Positions 19,493 through 29,399 of a stretch of 64,000 bases of DNA are shown piece by piece. The DNA comes from Candidatus Cloacimonetes bacterium HGW-Cloacimonetes-2 (GTDB lineage: Bacteria > Cloacimonadota > Cloacimonadia > Cloacimonadales > Cloacimonadaceae), in assembly GCA_002842035.1 (NCBI GenBank), contig PHBP01000001.1, positions 39,674-103,673 on the forward strand. The letters are read 5' to 3'. How positions within the stretch are numbered: position 1 is the stretch's first letter; each line of letters begins with the position of its first letter. The notes under the pieces are model-generated. The model did no database searches. It saw nothing but the letters and a program-made list of their open reading frames with translations, and was not told the DNA's origin. The translations under genes were made by a program, and so were the position numbers.

Positions 19493-19975
19493 TTATCTTA
19501 GCAGCTCGCTTATGCGGGCTGTCTCGCGTTCCATCTGCAAATCCGGCTTTGATAGCATATAGGTGATGATCGAAGCTTTGAGCGGAATAGCACCTTTAGG
19601 GAGTGCAAATCTCAATAGCTGATTGACTGCACCTGTACCGCCCATCCCCTTGAGAGGAAATCCCATTGTGAAGAAAGGCAGTAGCTTTACGCCTTTCATT
19701 GACTGGGTTTCCTTGATGTACTTGAGTATGAGTGGAGCGGATCTGAAGGCCCAAACAGGGCTACCCGCAATCACCACTTCATAATCTTTGGGATCTGGTG
19801 CATTGCGCAGCTCAAAGTTCATCGAGGTCGGCGAAGCTTTGGGATTGAGCGGTTCTACCGTCTCGAGCTCGTGGCTATCGACATGATGCCCTTCGGCTAT
19901 AAGCCGTTCAGAAATCATCTTGGCAAACTTGCGAGTGTTGCCGGTTTTGGAGTGGAAAACTACGAGTATCTTCAT
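19493..19975 (-). CDS. Flavodoxin-family protein
   Basis: MKILVVFHSKTGNTRKFA FMN-loop motif, 160 aa. Its start overlaps the stop of the upstream 5'-nucleotidase gene by 4 nt. Confidence 0.75.
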   Translation of the reverse strand: MKILVVFHSKTGNTRKFAKMISERLIAEGHHVDSHELETVEPLNPKASPTSMNFELRNAPDPKDYEVVIAGSPVWAFRSAPLILKYIKETQSMKGVKLLPFFTMGFPLKGMGGTGAVNQLLRFALPKGAIPLKASIITYMLSKPDLQMERETARISELLR

Positions 19976-21630
19976 CTAATCATCTCCGGGCTGGGTCTGG
20001 CATTATCATTACGCTCCCAGCGATCGTCAATTCTGGTCCTTACCGGGCTGTTGTTGCGGAAGTATCTTACGATCGAATCACGCAGATTAATCTGATGATA
20101 GGTAATATCTTCCGCAGGAACGGACGTGAGCAGAGTAAGGCCGGCATTGCCTTGCATTAGGAAGTCTGTGGTTGCTACAGTATAAATCCTATTCGGATCC
20201 CAAGGCTGACCACCAATACGGAGAGTTGTAACGCGCTCCATATCTGGCAGTTTCTTGGAGTAAACGACGTTTACACCGGATACTACAAGACCGTGGCGTC
20301 CGCCAGCTACACGGGTTTCTATGATGCGACGCAGGAATTCACCGGTGCAGCGGAAGCTGACTACCATATTATCAAAAGGCATAACGTCGAAGACACTGCG
20401 ATAGGTCACTGGGCCGGCAGCGATATCAGCACGGATACCACCGAGATTGAGGAAGGCAAAGTCTGCATTGACATCTGCTCTCATCGCGTCAACCACTGTA
20501 TTACCCATCAAGCTTTGTGCATCGACATTGGTACGTGAAAGATAGAGCCCGGCACTGCCGACGATCTCATCCATACCTCGCTCCGCGATGGCGACCTGAG
20601 CTTCTATGATCTCGCTTATCTCCTCATCCGGAATGAATTGATCTTCAAAGAGGGTAATCATCGAGCCTTCACGAATTGCCGGGGATTCATAACCGCTGAC
20701 GGTCTTGGTCATTGGATCGATCTTGAGGGTTATCCAGCCAAGGTTTGAGCCATAGGCATAGCCTTGAATTACCATAGTATGAGTCACGGGGTCAATCCAT
20801 GGCTTTGGTACGCCACGGTGCATATGGCCACCGAGAAAGATATCGATTCCGGGAACTTCACGAGCTATCTCCTGGGCATCATAACCCCAGACCGCGGTGC
20901 GTTCTGCGAAGAGAGGATTGCCTTGATTGTCATAGCGTGTAAGATAAGTCTCCTCGACATCATAAGGCAGGCCGGCATGACCAAGAACGATCACGATATC
21001 TACTCTTTCCACTCTGCGGACGTGATTGACCCACTTCGTGAGCTCCTCTTTTTCGCTGAGAAAGTCTATCCCACGGATATTCTCCGGGAAACTCATCTTT
21101 TCTGTATCAGTAGTGGTCATACCAACGATACCGATCTTTACACCGAGTCTCTCGATTATAGTGTAAGGACGCAGGTAATCAGGAAACTCGCCTGTGTCTG
21201 TATAAACCACATTGCTGGAAACAATTGGGAATTGCGCCATACGCAGGGTTTCGATCAGATCAGCCGGACTGATGTCAAACTCGTGATTACCAATGGTCAT
21301 TGCGTCATAACCAATGGCATTCATATAATCCATCACAGCACGACCATTGGTCACTGTTCCTACGGGACGTCCTTGAAAGAAATCACCAATATCAAAGAGC
21401 AAGGTGTCTCGATTGGGACCTTTCAGGCTGCGCACGTGCTTTATCAGGGTCGCCGCGGAAGCACCTCCACCCAGTTGGGGAGGAAATTCCGGGTTCATAA
21501 AGGTTGCTTTTGCCCGGTCGATACCGCCGTGGACATCGTTTGACCATAGGATGTCCAAGCGGAAATCTTCTGCTGCCAACAGGCTTATCAGCACCAGGCT
21601 AAGCAGCGTTAATACTATGTTTTTTTTCAT
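19972..21630 (-). CDS. Secreted bifunctional metallophosphatase/5'-nucleotidase (UshA-like)
   Basis: Signal peptide MKKNIVLTLLSLVL, calcineurin-like motifs NDVHGG, GDFFQG and GNHEFD, and a C-terminal 5'-nucleotidase-type domain. Confidence 0.85.
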   Translation of the reverse strand: MKKNIVLTLLSLVLISLLAAEDFRLDILWSNDVHGGIDRAKATFMNPEFPPQLGGGASAATLIKHVRSLKGPNRDTLLFDIGDFFQGRPVGTVTNGRAVMDYMNAIGYDAMTIGNHEFDISPADLIETLRMAQFPIVSSNVVYTDTGEFPDYLRPYTIIERLGVKIGIVGMTTTDTEKMSFPENIRGIDFLSEKEELTKWVNHVRRVERVDIVIVLGHAGLPYDVEETYLTRYDNQGNPLFAERTAVWGYDAQEIAREVPGIDIFLGGHMHRGVPKPWIDPVTHTMVIQGYAYGSNLGWITLKIDPMTKTVSGYESPAIREGSMITLFEDQFIPDEEISEIIEAQVAIAERGMDEIVGSAGLYLSRTNVDAQSLMGNTVVDAMRADVNADFAFLNLGGIRADIAAGPVTYRSVFDVMPFDNMVVSFRCTGEFLRRIIETRVAGGRHGLVVSGVNVVYSKKLPDMERVTTLRIGGQPWDPNRIYTVATTDFLMQGNAGLTLLTSVPAEDITYHQINLRDSIVRYFRNNSPVRTRIDDRWERNDNARPSPEMIR

Positions 21631-21634
21631 TGGA

Positions 21635-23071
21635 TTACCATACAAACTTAAGACCGGTCATCAGGGTAATAAAGTTCTCAGAAACCTTGTCTGGATTGTC
21701 CCAGCCACGATCGGTCAGGTTAATATAGGAATTCGGCCACAGCGCATAAGTGCTGCTACCGGTGTAGATTTTGTCGTTGTAATAGCTGTCGCGAAAGAGA
21801 TCAAGACTCTCATACTCGCGCCAGGCATATCCCAGACCGATATCAAGGCTAAGACCTTCTGCCAGAGCAATGCTACTACCGGCTGTGATCATCGGAGTGA
21901 GGGTTTTCTTTGCCAAAGTCAGGGGAACAACTACGCCTGCAACTGTCTGGGATTCGTTTTCGAGTCTCCAGTTGGTGACGGCTTGGAAACCGATTCTGAA
22001 GGGGATGCGGTTGCGGATATGGTGTTCCACACCGGCATAAAGATTGTAAACATCATCGTACATATCTGAGATATCAGTCCACTGCACGCGCTCGATATCG
22101 AGATTGAACCAGGTACGAACCACGTTTCTGGGCTGGTAATTGATACCTACTCTGATCTCAGAAGGCATAATGTAATCAACTTCGTAGTCATTGGCGACAT
22201 CAACGGCAGCGTGTCCCAGCCAGGCATCCTGTTGGATAGTGCTGGTTCCGCTGCAATCAAGAGTGCTCTTCATTGTATAGGCAGCAGCAAGACCAAAGCG
22301 AGGGCCAAGTTTCATACTGAGACCAGCCTTAATCTGGTTGCCTTCCAGGCTGAATTCGTTGGTATAAGTAGAATCAGGCAATACATCCGCTCCAACCTGA
22401 TCTTCGGACCACTTTGTCCAACGGATAGTCTTCATCTGGGTCACATCGCCATTCACAAGACCAAAGTCAAAACCAAGATTCAGGTCATAACCATCAGCAA
22501 TAGCAAAACCAACAGAGGCAAGCCCGGCAGCCTTGTTTAGCAGACCTTCGTTTTCAATGCTGTTGATTGCTATCTTCTCGGGATACCCATCGTTATCGGT
22601 GCCACGGTTGTTGCGGATCTCTTCCAGGTATTTACCATCGAAGTTGCTGATCGGCATATAATACAGACCTGCACCCAAACGGAACTTTCCAATGCCCATC
22701 GAGGCATAGCCGGAGCCAGCGTAATCGTAAAAAGCATTGATATTTGAGTTGATTACTGCATCGTCTATATAGGCATCAAAGCTATTATATAGCGGGATGG
22801 CACGGTTGTCTTCGTTGCGGTTGATACCCACTGTGCCTTGGAGACCAAAGGTCTTGCGCATCAGGGTCAGATTAGCAGGATTGGTGGCAATGGCAAAGGG
22901 CTGTATGTCGTTATAGACAGTTGCACCGCCCATAGCGAAAGCCCGGGGATCCATTGTGCCGATCTTATTGCCAAAGTAGGTATCAGTGATCGACCAGGCA
23001 TTGAGGCTGATTCCCGCGCCAAGGATCAGGAGAGTCAGGAAAAGCGCTTTGAAAGATTTATAAGAAGTCAT
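21635..23071 (-). CDS. Outer-membrane beta-barrel protein, FadL/OMPP1-like
   Basis: Signal peptide; N-terminal block DPRAFAMGGATVYNDIQPFAIATNPANL, which resembles the FadL/TodX hatch motif; alternating beta-strand pattern; aromatic C-terminus LKFVW. Confidence 0.55.
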   Translation of the reverse strand: MTSYKSFKALFLTLLILGAGISLNAWSITDTYFGNKIGTMDPRAFAMGGATVYNDIQPFAIATNPANLTLMRKTFGLQGTVGINRNEDNRAIPLYNSFDAYIDDAVINSNINAFYDYAGSGYASMGIGKFRLGAGLYYMPISNFDGKYLEEIRNNRGTDNDGYPEKIAINSIENEGLLNKAAGLASVGFAIADGYDLNLGFDFGLVNGDVTQMKTIRWTKWSEDQVGADVLPDSTYTNEFSLEGNQIKAGLSMKLGPRFGLAAAYTMKSTLDCSGTSTIQQDAWLGHAAVDVANDYEVDYIMPSEIRVGINYQPRNVVRTWFNLDIERVQWTDISDMYDDVYNLYAGVEHHIRNRIPFRIGFQAVTNWRLENESQTVAGVVVPLTLAKKTLTPMITAGSSIALAEGLSLDIGLGYAWREYESLDLFRDSYYNDKIYTGSSTYALWPNSYINLTDRGWDNPDKVSENFITLMTGLKFVW

Positions 23072-23081
23072 TTATCCTCCA

Positions 23082-25733
23082 TTAGAAACGATAATCAAGT
23101 GATAAGCGGATGGTGTTTTCAACGTGCTGAACTCGTTCCCAGTAACTATTGGCAGGCAGGTCAACATTGTATTCGCGAATCCTGAGTTCCTTGTCCTGAT
23201 AAGTCTTGTTTCTGAATTTCAGCGTCATATAAAGGTTCTGAGAGATTCGGCTGTGGATGGCTACCCATGCCTTGGCGCCTTTCTCTCCCATAAAATCTAT
23301 TTCCATATCTTCCCAATCCCAGTGAGAAATGCCGTGTCCATACCAATAGAGGAAGGCACCCTGCAGCTTGAGAGAAGGACTAAAGTTGTGAGTATAATTG
23401 ACTCCAATGTAATCACCCTGCATCAAGGTACTGGCAGCAGCCATACTGTTGTTACCGCCTGCAGCAGGATTGGTGAGCGAGGTATAGGGAGGTCCCCAGA
23501 CTGTATTGTAGCGATACTCAAACTCCAGGAAATCCCTCGCAGAGAGGAAAGTCCTAAAGCTAAGAGTATATTCGTTTGTCTTTGAGACTCCACGCTCGGC
23601 AGTATCGTCGTAACGATTTACCTGGTTCTTATAGCGCAATCTCATAGCAACCTGATACAGGGGACGAAACTCCAATTCACTCTGGAATCTTGCGCTTCTG
23701 CGACCATCGGAAAGTCTTTCCCAGATATCAAGATAGCTACGACCAACCGTAAAGTAGTTGTTGAACTTGTATCTCGTTTCAAAGTAGATACCGTGTTCCG
23801 GCTGGGCTTGCGAGGCATTCTGATAAATATCCGAGAGTGTAGGATTGGTAAGCGCATATATGTACTTTTCCAGGACGGTATCATCGAATCTCTCATGCTC
23901 TGAGAAGGCATTGCTATAAGGATTGTCAAAATTGACATCGTAATGCCTGAGTAGAGCCAGAAAATACAAATTTTCATACTGAGTATAAGCACTCACCAAG
24001 TAAGCCTTGGGATCATCTCCCAGCTTGAAATCTTCACCCCTCACGGAGAGCTCTGCATACTCGCCCTGCACCGATACATTACCCACTACGGTATGTCCGT
24101 CAAAACCGATCACTCTGCGATAATCGCGCACATAATCGGCAGTGCTGGTGCTATAAAGCCCTGCTATCTCGGAATCATTTATCTTGAAAACCTTATGATA
24201 GTATGAGTTTCTGATGAAATCCAGCTTCAGGGTATTCCAATCCGGCACCACAAAGTGAGCATTATCATACAAAGCCGTATAGGTAGTAAATCCCAGCTTG
24301 GTACCGATCAGAGGGCTTACCTGGAGGTGTGTACCCCAGATCGTCTCATCTACAAAGTTCTTGCGATAGGCAAGGTTGATATAAGGCACAGCATAAGCTC
24401 CGCCTGCCACAAGCTCTTGATTGAAGTGAGCTTCAGCTTCGCGGAGTTCATCCTCGTCCCAACGGATGGTCGGATTCACATAAGAAAGCACCTGATACTT
24501 GCCATCAGCACCCACAACAGGCGTGATATAATTCGTAGGATTGCCTGAATCATCAGTCTCCCTCTCCATATAAACGATCGCATCTTTCTTGTCTTGTGAG
24601 ACAAAGGCAGAGAATCCGATCAAGGGATTATTGAGCTCGATCGCGGCACCTCTCAGAGCATAAAGCTGCGTTCTGGAAAGATCAGGAGTGATACCCAAGA
24701 TACGTTTACTAAAGCCATATCCGGTCTTTCTGGCGCTGTAGAAATCTGTATTTTCCATCACCAGACCTTCACCATAAGTAGCTCTATAATGACCCAGGTA
24801 AAGCTTGAGTGATGTCCTCGGAAGGAATGCCAGATCAGTGTTTTCGTATCCGGCATAATACTTTGAATTAGCGATCAGATCTTCACCCGTGCTCTTCCAA
24901 ATATCATCCTCGCCCTTTGCGGTATTGTGCATCCAGCCAATCTTCAAGTGATTGCCATAACGCGCCCTAAGCTTGACTATATAGTCAGGATCGATCTGAT
25001 CCAGATTAAAATAACCCCAATACGAGAGGCGTTTATCTTGCGGCACAACAGTCGTTACGCCGTAATCCTCTCTCAGGAAGGGCTCGTGATACATATCGTA
25101 TGCGCCTTCCTCGTAATAACGGGTATAATACTGCATCTGAGCGTCAAAGTAAAGCCTGTTGCGAACCGGCGGATTCCTGTAATAAACGTAGGACCGCAGA
25201 TTTGTATAGCCATAGTGCGAGAGACCGACTGTATTTCGCAGGTCTCGCATATCAGCTATGGTATCTCCACGGGCAACACGCTTCAGGATTCCAACCGCAT
25301 CGACCGGCGAGACGTTTGGCAAGCTGATAAAATCGTCAAAATGCATCTTGTTAACATTCTGCGGTGTCATCAGATAGTCTTCCCAGACGTCGCTCATTCC
25401 TTCTGAGCCGCCTTCGTTGCTATCCAACCTTTCCAAGAGATCCATAATCTCCTCGCGGCGAGCCGTCACTTCATCTTCTTCGCGATAAAGCGACACCACG
25501 ACTTGATCCCTGATCCTCAGCATCGTGATCTGATCTATCGAAGCGATGTTCCTCAGATCGTAAATGCTCTCGAAAAAGCTGATATAAGTGCGGTAATTAT
25601 AGATATCATTTGCCTGAATCTCAGAGATTGGCAGACGCATGATCTCTTCCAGAGAAGCCGTGTTCAAATCGACCTTCTGGGCGTAAAGCCCTATCGCAAA
25701 CAGGGCTATAAACATGATCAAAAACTTCTTCAT
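23082..25733 (-). CDS. Large outer-membrane protein with N-terminal helix-hairpin-helix (ComEA-like) motifs
   Basis: Signal peptide MKKFLIMFIALFAIGLYA (ATG 25733). HhH-like VDLNTASLEEIMRLP and FISLPNVSPVDAVGILK. About 700 aa of Tyr/Gly-rich beta-strand sequence ending in the OMP-type terminus LSLDYRF. Confidence 0.6.
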   Translation of the reverse strand: MKKFLIMFIALFAIGLYAQKVDLNTASLEEIMRLPISEIQANDIYNYRTYISFFESIYDLRNIASIDQITMLRIRDQVVVSLYREEDEVTARREEIMDLLERLDSNEGGSEGMSDVWEDYLMTPQNVNKMHFDDFISLPNVSPVDAVGILKRVARGDTIADMRDLRNTVGLSHYGYTNLRSYVYYRNPPVRNRLYFDAQMQYYTRYYEEGAYDMYHEPFLREDYGVTTVVPQDKRLSYWGYFNLDQIDPDYIVKLRARYGNHLKIGWMHNTAKGEDDIWKSTGEDLIANSKYYAGYENTDLAFLPRTSLKLYLGHYRATYGEGLVMENTDFYSARKTGYGFSKRILGITPDLSRTQLYALRGAAIELNNPLIGFSAFVSQDKKDAIVYMERETDDSGNPTNYITPVVGADGKYQVLSYVNPTIRWDEDELREAEAHFNQELVAGGAYAVPYINLAYRKNFVDETIWGTHLQVSPLIGTKLGFTTYTALYDNAHFVVPDWNTLKLDFIRNSYYHKVFKINDSEIAGLYSTSTADYVRDYRRVIGFDGHTVVGNVSVQGEYAELSVRGEDFKLGDDPKAYLVSAYTQYENLYFLALLRHYDVNFDNPYSNAFSEHERFDDTVLEKYIYALTNPTLSDIYQNASQAQPEHGIYFETRYKFNNYFTVGRSYLDIWERLSDGRRSARFQSELEFRPLYQVAMRLRYKNQVNRYDDTAERGVSKTNEYTLSFRTFLSARDFLEFEYRYNTVWGPPYTSLTNPAAGGNNSMAAASTLMQGDYIGVNYTHNFSPSLKLQGAFLYWYGHGISHWDWEDMEIDFMGEKGAKAWVAIHSRISQNLYMTLKFRNKTYQDKELRIREYNVDLPANSYWERVQHVENTIRLSLDYRF

Positions 25734-25948
25734 AGCTGTTCCTTGTGCGCTATACAAAGGTTTTGCACCTTCTTTCGCTATTTTCACAAACTAATTCGAA
25801 TTGCTAATTCTGTAAAGTCTTTTTTTGGGAAGCCTGCTCAGATTGTCCCCAGCCGCAAAATGCACTGCAAAATCTGTTGTTTTCGAGCCTGACTAGTCTG
25901 CACGGCTTTGGCTCTTTCGACTGTGAAAGACCTATTTCTTTAAGCTCA

Positions 25949-26185
25949 CTCTTAGCAAGGTGGTGTGCAGCCCCTGTGATTCTGCTGTGAATCCCCTGTG
26001 GGACAGCAGATAGACAGCTTCCGCGCAGGCGCTTTACAGGTGAGTGCTTAGAGTAAGGCTTTGCATTGCTTGCTGCTTGATAGGATGCATCTACCCTGCT
26101 TGTATCCTGCTTGAATCCTGCTTGAACATCCAATATAGAGCTATCCTGCAATGCTTTAGGAATGTTCAATTGAATAGGAAGTATA
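25949..26185 (+). repeat. Intergenic repeat family B, copy 3 (long form)
   Basis: ctcttagc..cagcccctgtgattctgctgtg..gagtaaggct..cttgataggatgc, then ctaccctg cttgtatcctg cttgaatcctg cttgaac, then cctgcaatgctttaggaatgttcaattgaatagga. Confidence 0.8.
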
Positions 26186-26335
26186 GAGGTGGACAAATAC
26201 TGTGTGTATCTTTTGGGTAAGTCGTTGCCGGAGATAGCGCTATCGATAGCGAGGGAATTCGCAGGATACTATCTATAGTTTATCTTTGTGTGCTCAGTCA
26301 GTGTGCAGCACCAGTCAAAAGACCCAAGTAAGTAT

Positions 26336-27301
26336 TTACTGCTTTTTGAACCAGTCCCACCACTGCTTGATACCTTTGCTAAAAGGCACTTGCGGGTTGT
26401 AGCCCAGGACTTGTCTGGCTTTGCTGATATCGGCATTGGTGTGGGCTAAGTCCCCAACCACGGGCGGGAGGGTAGTGCGTTTGATCTCCTTGCCTGATAA
26501 AGCCTGGAGGTATGCAAGCATTGCGGAAAGGCTGATGGTTTCTGATTCTCCCAGATTGATGATCTCGTAATGGCAAGCGCTGCGGCTGAGTTTGATCGCA
26601 GAGATGATGCCATCGACGATGTCATCGATATAAGTATAGTCCCGGCTGGTAGCGCCATCGCCAAAGATCGGGATGGCTTGGTCTTCCATAACCAAACGGC
26701 TGAATTTATGGATGGCTAGATCAGGTCGTTGTCGGGGGCCATAGACAGTAAAAAACCTCAGGCAAACAACGGATAAGTGATAGAGATGATGCCAGTTATA
26801 GCAGAGCAGCTCGCCTGCCCGCTTGGTTGCGGCATAAGGAGAGATCGGAGTGTCCACGGGATCGGATTCACTAAAGGGAAGCTTCTTGTTATTGCCATAA
26901 ATCGAGGATGAAGAGGCAAAGACAAAGGGCTTGATCTCTTTGAGAGCAGCGAGCTCGAGCAGGTTTAGCGTGCCCTGGATATTAACCTCGGCATAGAGTC
27001 CGGGATTGAGGATGGAGGGGCGCACACCGGCCATTGCTGCGAGGTGAGCAATCTGATCAAAATCGTGCAGTTCAAAGATAGCTTTGAGCCTGTCTTTATC
27101 CCTGATATCAGCTTCAATCAGGGTAAAATGAGGATGATGCAGGCAGTTTGAGAGATTGCGGCGCTTGATGCTGGGATCGTAAAAACTATCGAAATTATCC
27201 AGCGCATAGACCCGGTGACCCTCTTTGAGCAGTCTTTCCGAGAGGTGAGAGCCGATGAATCCAGCGGCGCCGGTAACCAGGATCTTCAGTTGATCAGCCA
27301 T
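26336..27301 (-). CDS. NAD-dependent sugar-nucleotide epimerase/dehydratase (SDR family)
   Basis: GAAGFIGSHL and the YAATK catalytic motif. I chose the start [11 protein letters not shown] at 27301. The longer listed ORF runs into murA. Confidence 0.85.
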   Translation of the reverse strand: MADQLKILVTGAAGFIGSHLSERLLKEGHRVYALDNFDSFYDPSIKRRNLSNCLHHPHFTLIEADIRDKDRLKAIFELHDFDQIAHLAAMAGVRPSILNPGLYAEVNIQGTLNLLELAALKEIKPFVFASSSSIYGNNKKLPFSESDPVDTPISPYAATKRAGELLCYNWHHLYHLSVVCLRFFTVYGPRQRPDLAIHKFSRLVMEDQAIPIFGDGATSRDYTYIDDIVDGIISAIKLSRSACHYEIINLGESETISLSAMLAYLQALSGKEIKRTTLPPVVGDLAHTNADISKARQVLGYNPQVPFSKGIKQWWDWFKKQ

Positions 27302-28547
27302 TTTCGCGGGTGATCTTAGCGCCGATGGAATTGAGCTTTTCCTCGATGCGGTCGTAACCACGATCGATGTGATAGATGCGGGAGACTGTCGTAATTCCAT
27401 CTGCTACCATACCGGCAAGTACCAAGGCAGCGCTGGCGCGTAGATCGGTCGCCATCACTTCTGCACCACTGAAGGCTTTGACGCCCTTGACGGTCGCGAG
27501 GTTGCGCTCCAGACGGATGTCAGCTTGCAGGCGATTAAGCTCTGCTACGTGCATAAAACGATCGGGGAAAATGGTGTCTTCTATGAAGCTTACACCATCC
27601 GCAAAGGCTGCCAGCACCATAAACTGGGCTTGGAGATCCGTCGGGAAGCCCGGGTAAGGAAGTGTGCGGAGGTTGAAAGGCTTGATAATCTTTGGACCTG
27701 CTACAGTGATAAAGTCCTCCCCAGTCTCAAGCTCGCAACCGGCTTCGCGGAGCTTGTCCAGAGCGGATGTGAGGTGTTCTGGAAGGCAGTTCTTTACCGT
27801 GACAGGGTCAGTGCTGAGGGCTCCGGCAATCAGGAAGGTGCCTGCTTCAATACGATCGGGAATCATAGTCATCTCGACCGGGAAAAGATCGTCCACGCCT
27901 TCGATGGTCAAAGTCGTGGTGGCTTGTCCGCTGATCTTTGCTCCCATCTTGTTGAGCAAATCAATGGTGGAATCAACCTCAGGCTCCATTGCTGCATTGA
28001 GGAGACGAGTGGTGCCTTTGGCAAAAACTGCTGCCATCAGAGTGTTGATTGTAGCGCCGACAGATGACTTTTCAAAGTAGATATCTGCCCCTTTGAGCTG
28101 CTGGGCTTTAGCGTGAATATATCCGTGCTCGATGGTGATTTCTGCACCCAGGGCTTCCAGTGCTTTGAGGTGAAGATCTACCGGGCGTGTGCCGATGGCG
28201 CAACCACCGGGAAAGGAAACTCTGGCTTCCTTGAGCCTGGCTAGTAGCGGCCCGAGGACGTAGATCGAAGCACGCATCTTGCTTACCAGTTCGTAAGGCG
28301 CTTCGATAAAGCAGACATCCTTGGCGTCTATACTCATTGTGCTGCCGTTGTGCTCGATTCGGGCGCCCAGTACTCGCAAGAGGTGAGACATTGTCTTCAG
28401 GTCTATCAAGTTTGGCACGTTTCTCAGGATGGACTTGCCGGGTGCCAGCAGGCAGGCTGCCATCACGGGCAATATTGCGTTCTTTGCGCCAGAAACGTAG
28501 ATTGTTCCGCTCAGTTTGCGAGTTCCTTCGATCTTAAAACTATCCAT
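27294..28547 (-). CDS. murA: UDP-N-acetylglucosamine 1-carboxyvinyltransferase
   Basis: [13 protein letters not shown] and the active-site loop [15 protein letters not shown], 417 aa. Confidence 0.95.
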   Translation of the reverse strand: MDSFKIEGTRKLSGTIYVSGAKNAILPVMAACLLAPGKSILRNVPNLIDLKTMSHLLRVLGARIEHNGSTMSIDAKDVCFIEAPYELVSKMRASIYVLGPLLARLKEARVSFPGGCAIGTRPVDLHLKALEALGAEITIEHGYIHAKAQQLKGADIYFEKSSVGATINTLMAAVFAKGTTRLLNAAMEPEVDSTIDLLNKMGAKISGQATTTLTIEGVDDLFPVEMTMIPDRIEAGTFLIAGALSTDPVTVKNCLPEHLTSALDKLREAGCELETGEDFITVAGPKIIKPFNLRTLPYPGFPTDLQAQFMVLAAFADGVSFIEDTIFPDRFMHVAELNRLQADIRLERNLATVKGVKAFSGAEVMATDLRASAALVLAGMVADGITTVSRIYHIDRGYDRIEEKLNSIGAKITRENG

Positions 28548-28556
28548 TTTATCCTC

Positions 28557-29399
28557 TTAATCTCTGTCTATGATGATGTATCTGTCCAGACCTGCCAAGT
28601 CCTGCCTGATTTCAACAAAAGCATAGTCCAGTTTTTTGGCAATAGATTTTATAGCATCTGCCTGGTTAGAGCCAATTTCAAACAGGATTTGACCGCCGGG
28701 GTTCAGATATTGCCGGGCTGCTTCCAGTATCCTTCGGTAATAGTATAGGCCTTCTTCCGCTGCATAGAGAGCATTCTTCGGCTCATTCAGGCGGATATGT
28801 ACAGGGAGCTTGTCGTAGTCTGATGGACTGATGTAGGGTGGATTGCTGATGATCAGGTCGTAGTTGCTTGAGGTATTTGGAAAAAGATCAGCTTTGTGAA
28901 AACTAAGCTTTGCTCCCAGTGATTGGGCATTGGCAGAGGCTGATATGAGTGCAGCCTCGCTGATATCGCTGGCTGTTACAATTGATTCAGGAGCCTCCAG
29001 GCAAATCGTAATGGCGATAGCTCCACTGCCTGTGCCGATATCCAGCACGGTACTGCCGGGCTTGATCCGCTGCAAAGCCAGTTCTGCCAAGCCTTCAGTC
29101 TCGGGACGCGGAATCAGGCAGGAAGGATTGACACTATAGCAGCGTCCGTAGAAGTAAGCATAACCAAGGATGTATTGAGCAGGGATGCCGTTGCCACGCT
29201 TTGCCCAGTAATCCAATACGATGTCTTTTTGCTGAGAGCTAAGCTCCCTGGAGCTATACAGATTCATTTCAGCAGGATTGATCTCCAAAGTCTCCTGAAG
29301 GATGTAAAGGTAGTCTTCAAGAGCTTGTCCTGATTGGGTTGCCAGCTCTCTGGCCAGTTGCTTGGCTTCAGCTAGGGTCATTGCTCGTAAAAGAGCCAA
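28557..29399 (-). CDS. prmC: Peptide chain release factor N5-glutamine methyltransferase
   Basis: SAM motif LDIGTGSGAI and the catalytic IISNPPYI. The start is uncertain (29399 or 29381). Either one overlaps the upstream gene. Confidence 0.85.
   Translation of the reverse strand: MALLRAMTLAEAKQLARELATQSGQALEDYLYILQETLEINPAEMNLYSSRELSSQQKDIVLDYWAKRGNGIPAQYILGYAYFYGRCYSVNPSCLIPRPETEGLAELALQRIKPGSTVLDIGTGSGAIAITICLEAPESIVTASDISEAALISASANAQSLGAKLSFHKADLFPNTSSNYDLIISNPPYISPSDYDKLPVHIRLNEPKNALYAAEEGLYYYRRILEAARQYLNPGGQILFEIGSNQADAIKSIAKKLDYAFVEIRQDLAGLDRYIIIDRD

Noticed and set aside
26075-26127. Possible CRISPR array, suggested by the short direct repeats in families A and B
   Set aside because: The units are only 11 bp and directly abut each other with no spacers. 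There are no cas genes in the window.
25804-26196. 130-aa minus-strand ORF filling the gap upstream of the HhH-OMP gene
   Set aside because: It is read straight through repeat family B copy 3. The other B copies do not keep an equivalent reading frame, and there is no RBS or motif. I treat the region as non-coding.
26336-27400. N-terminally extended versions of several listed ORFs (epimerase to 27400, queH to 47115, gcvPA from 48788, argF to 34176, HhH-OMP to 25787, C25-1 to 15764, C25-2 to 60845)
   Set aside because: Internal ATGs with good Shine-Dalgarno sequences give canonical N-termini or signal peptides. The extensions overlap upstream genes or start at non-ATG codons.
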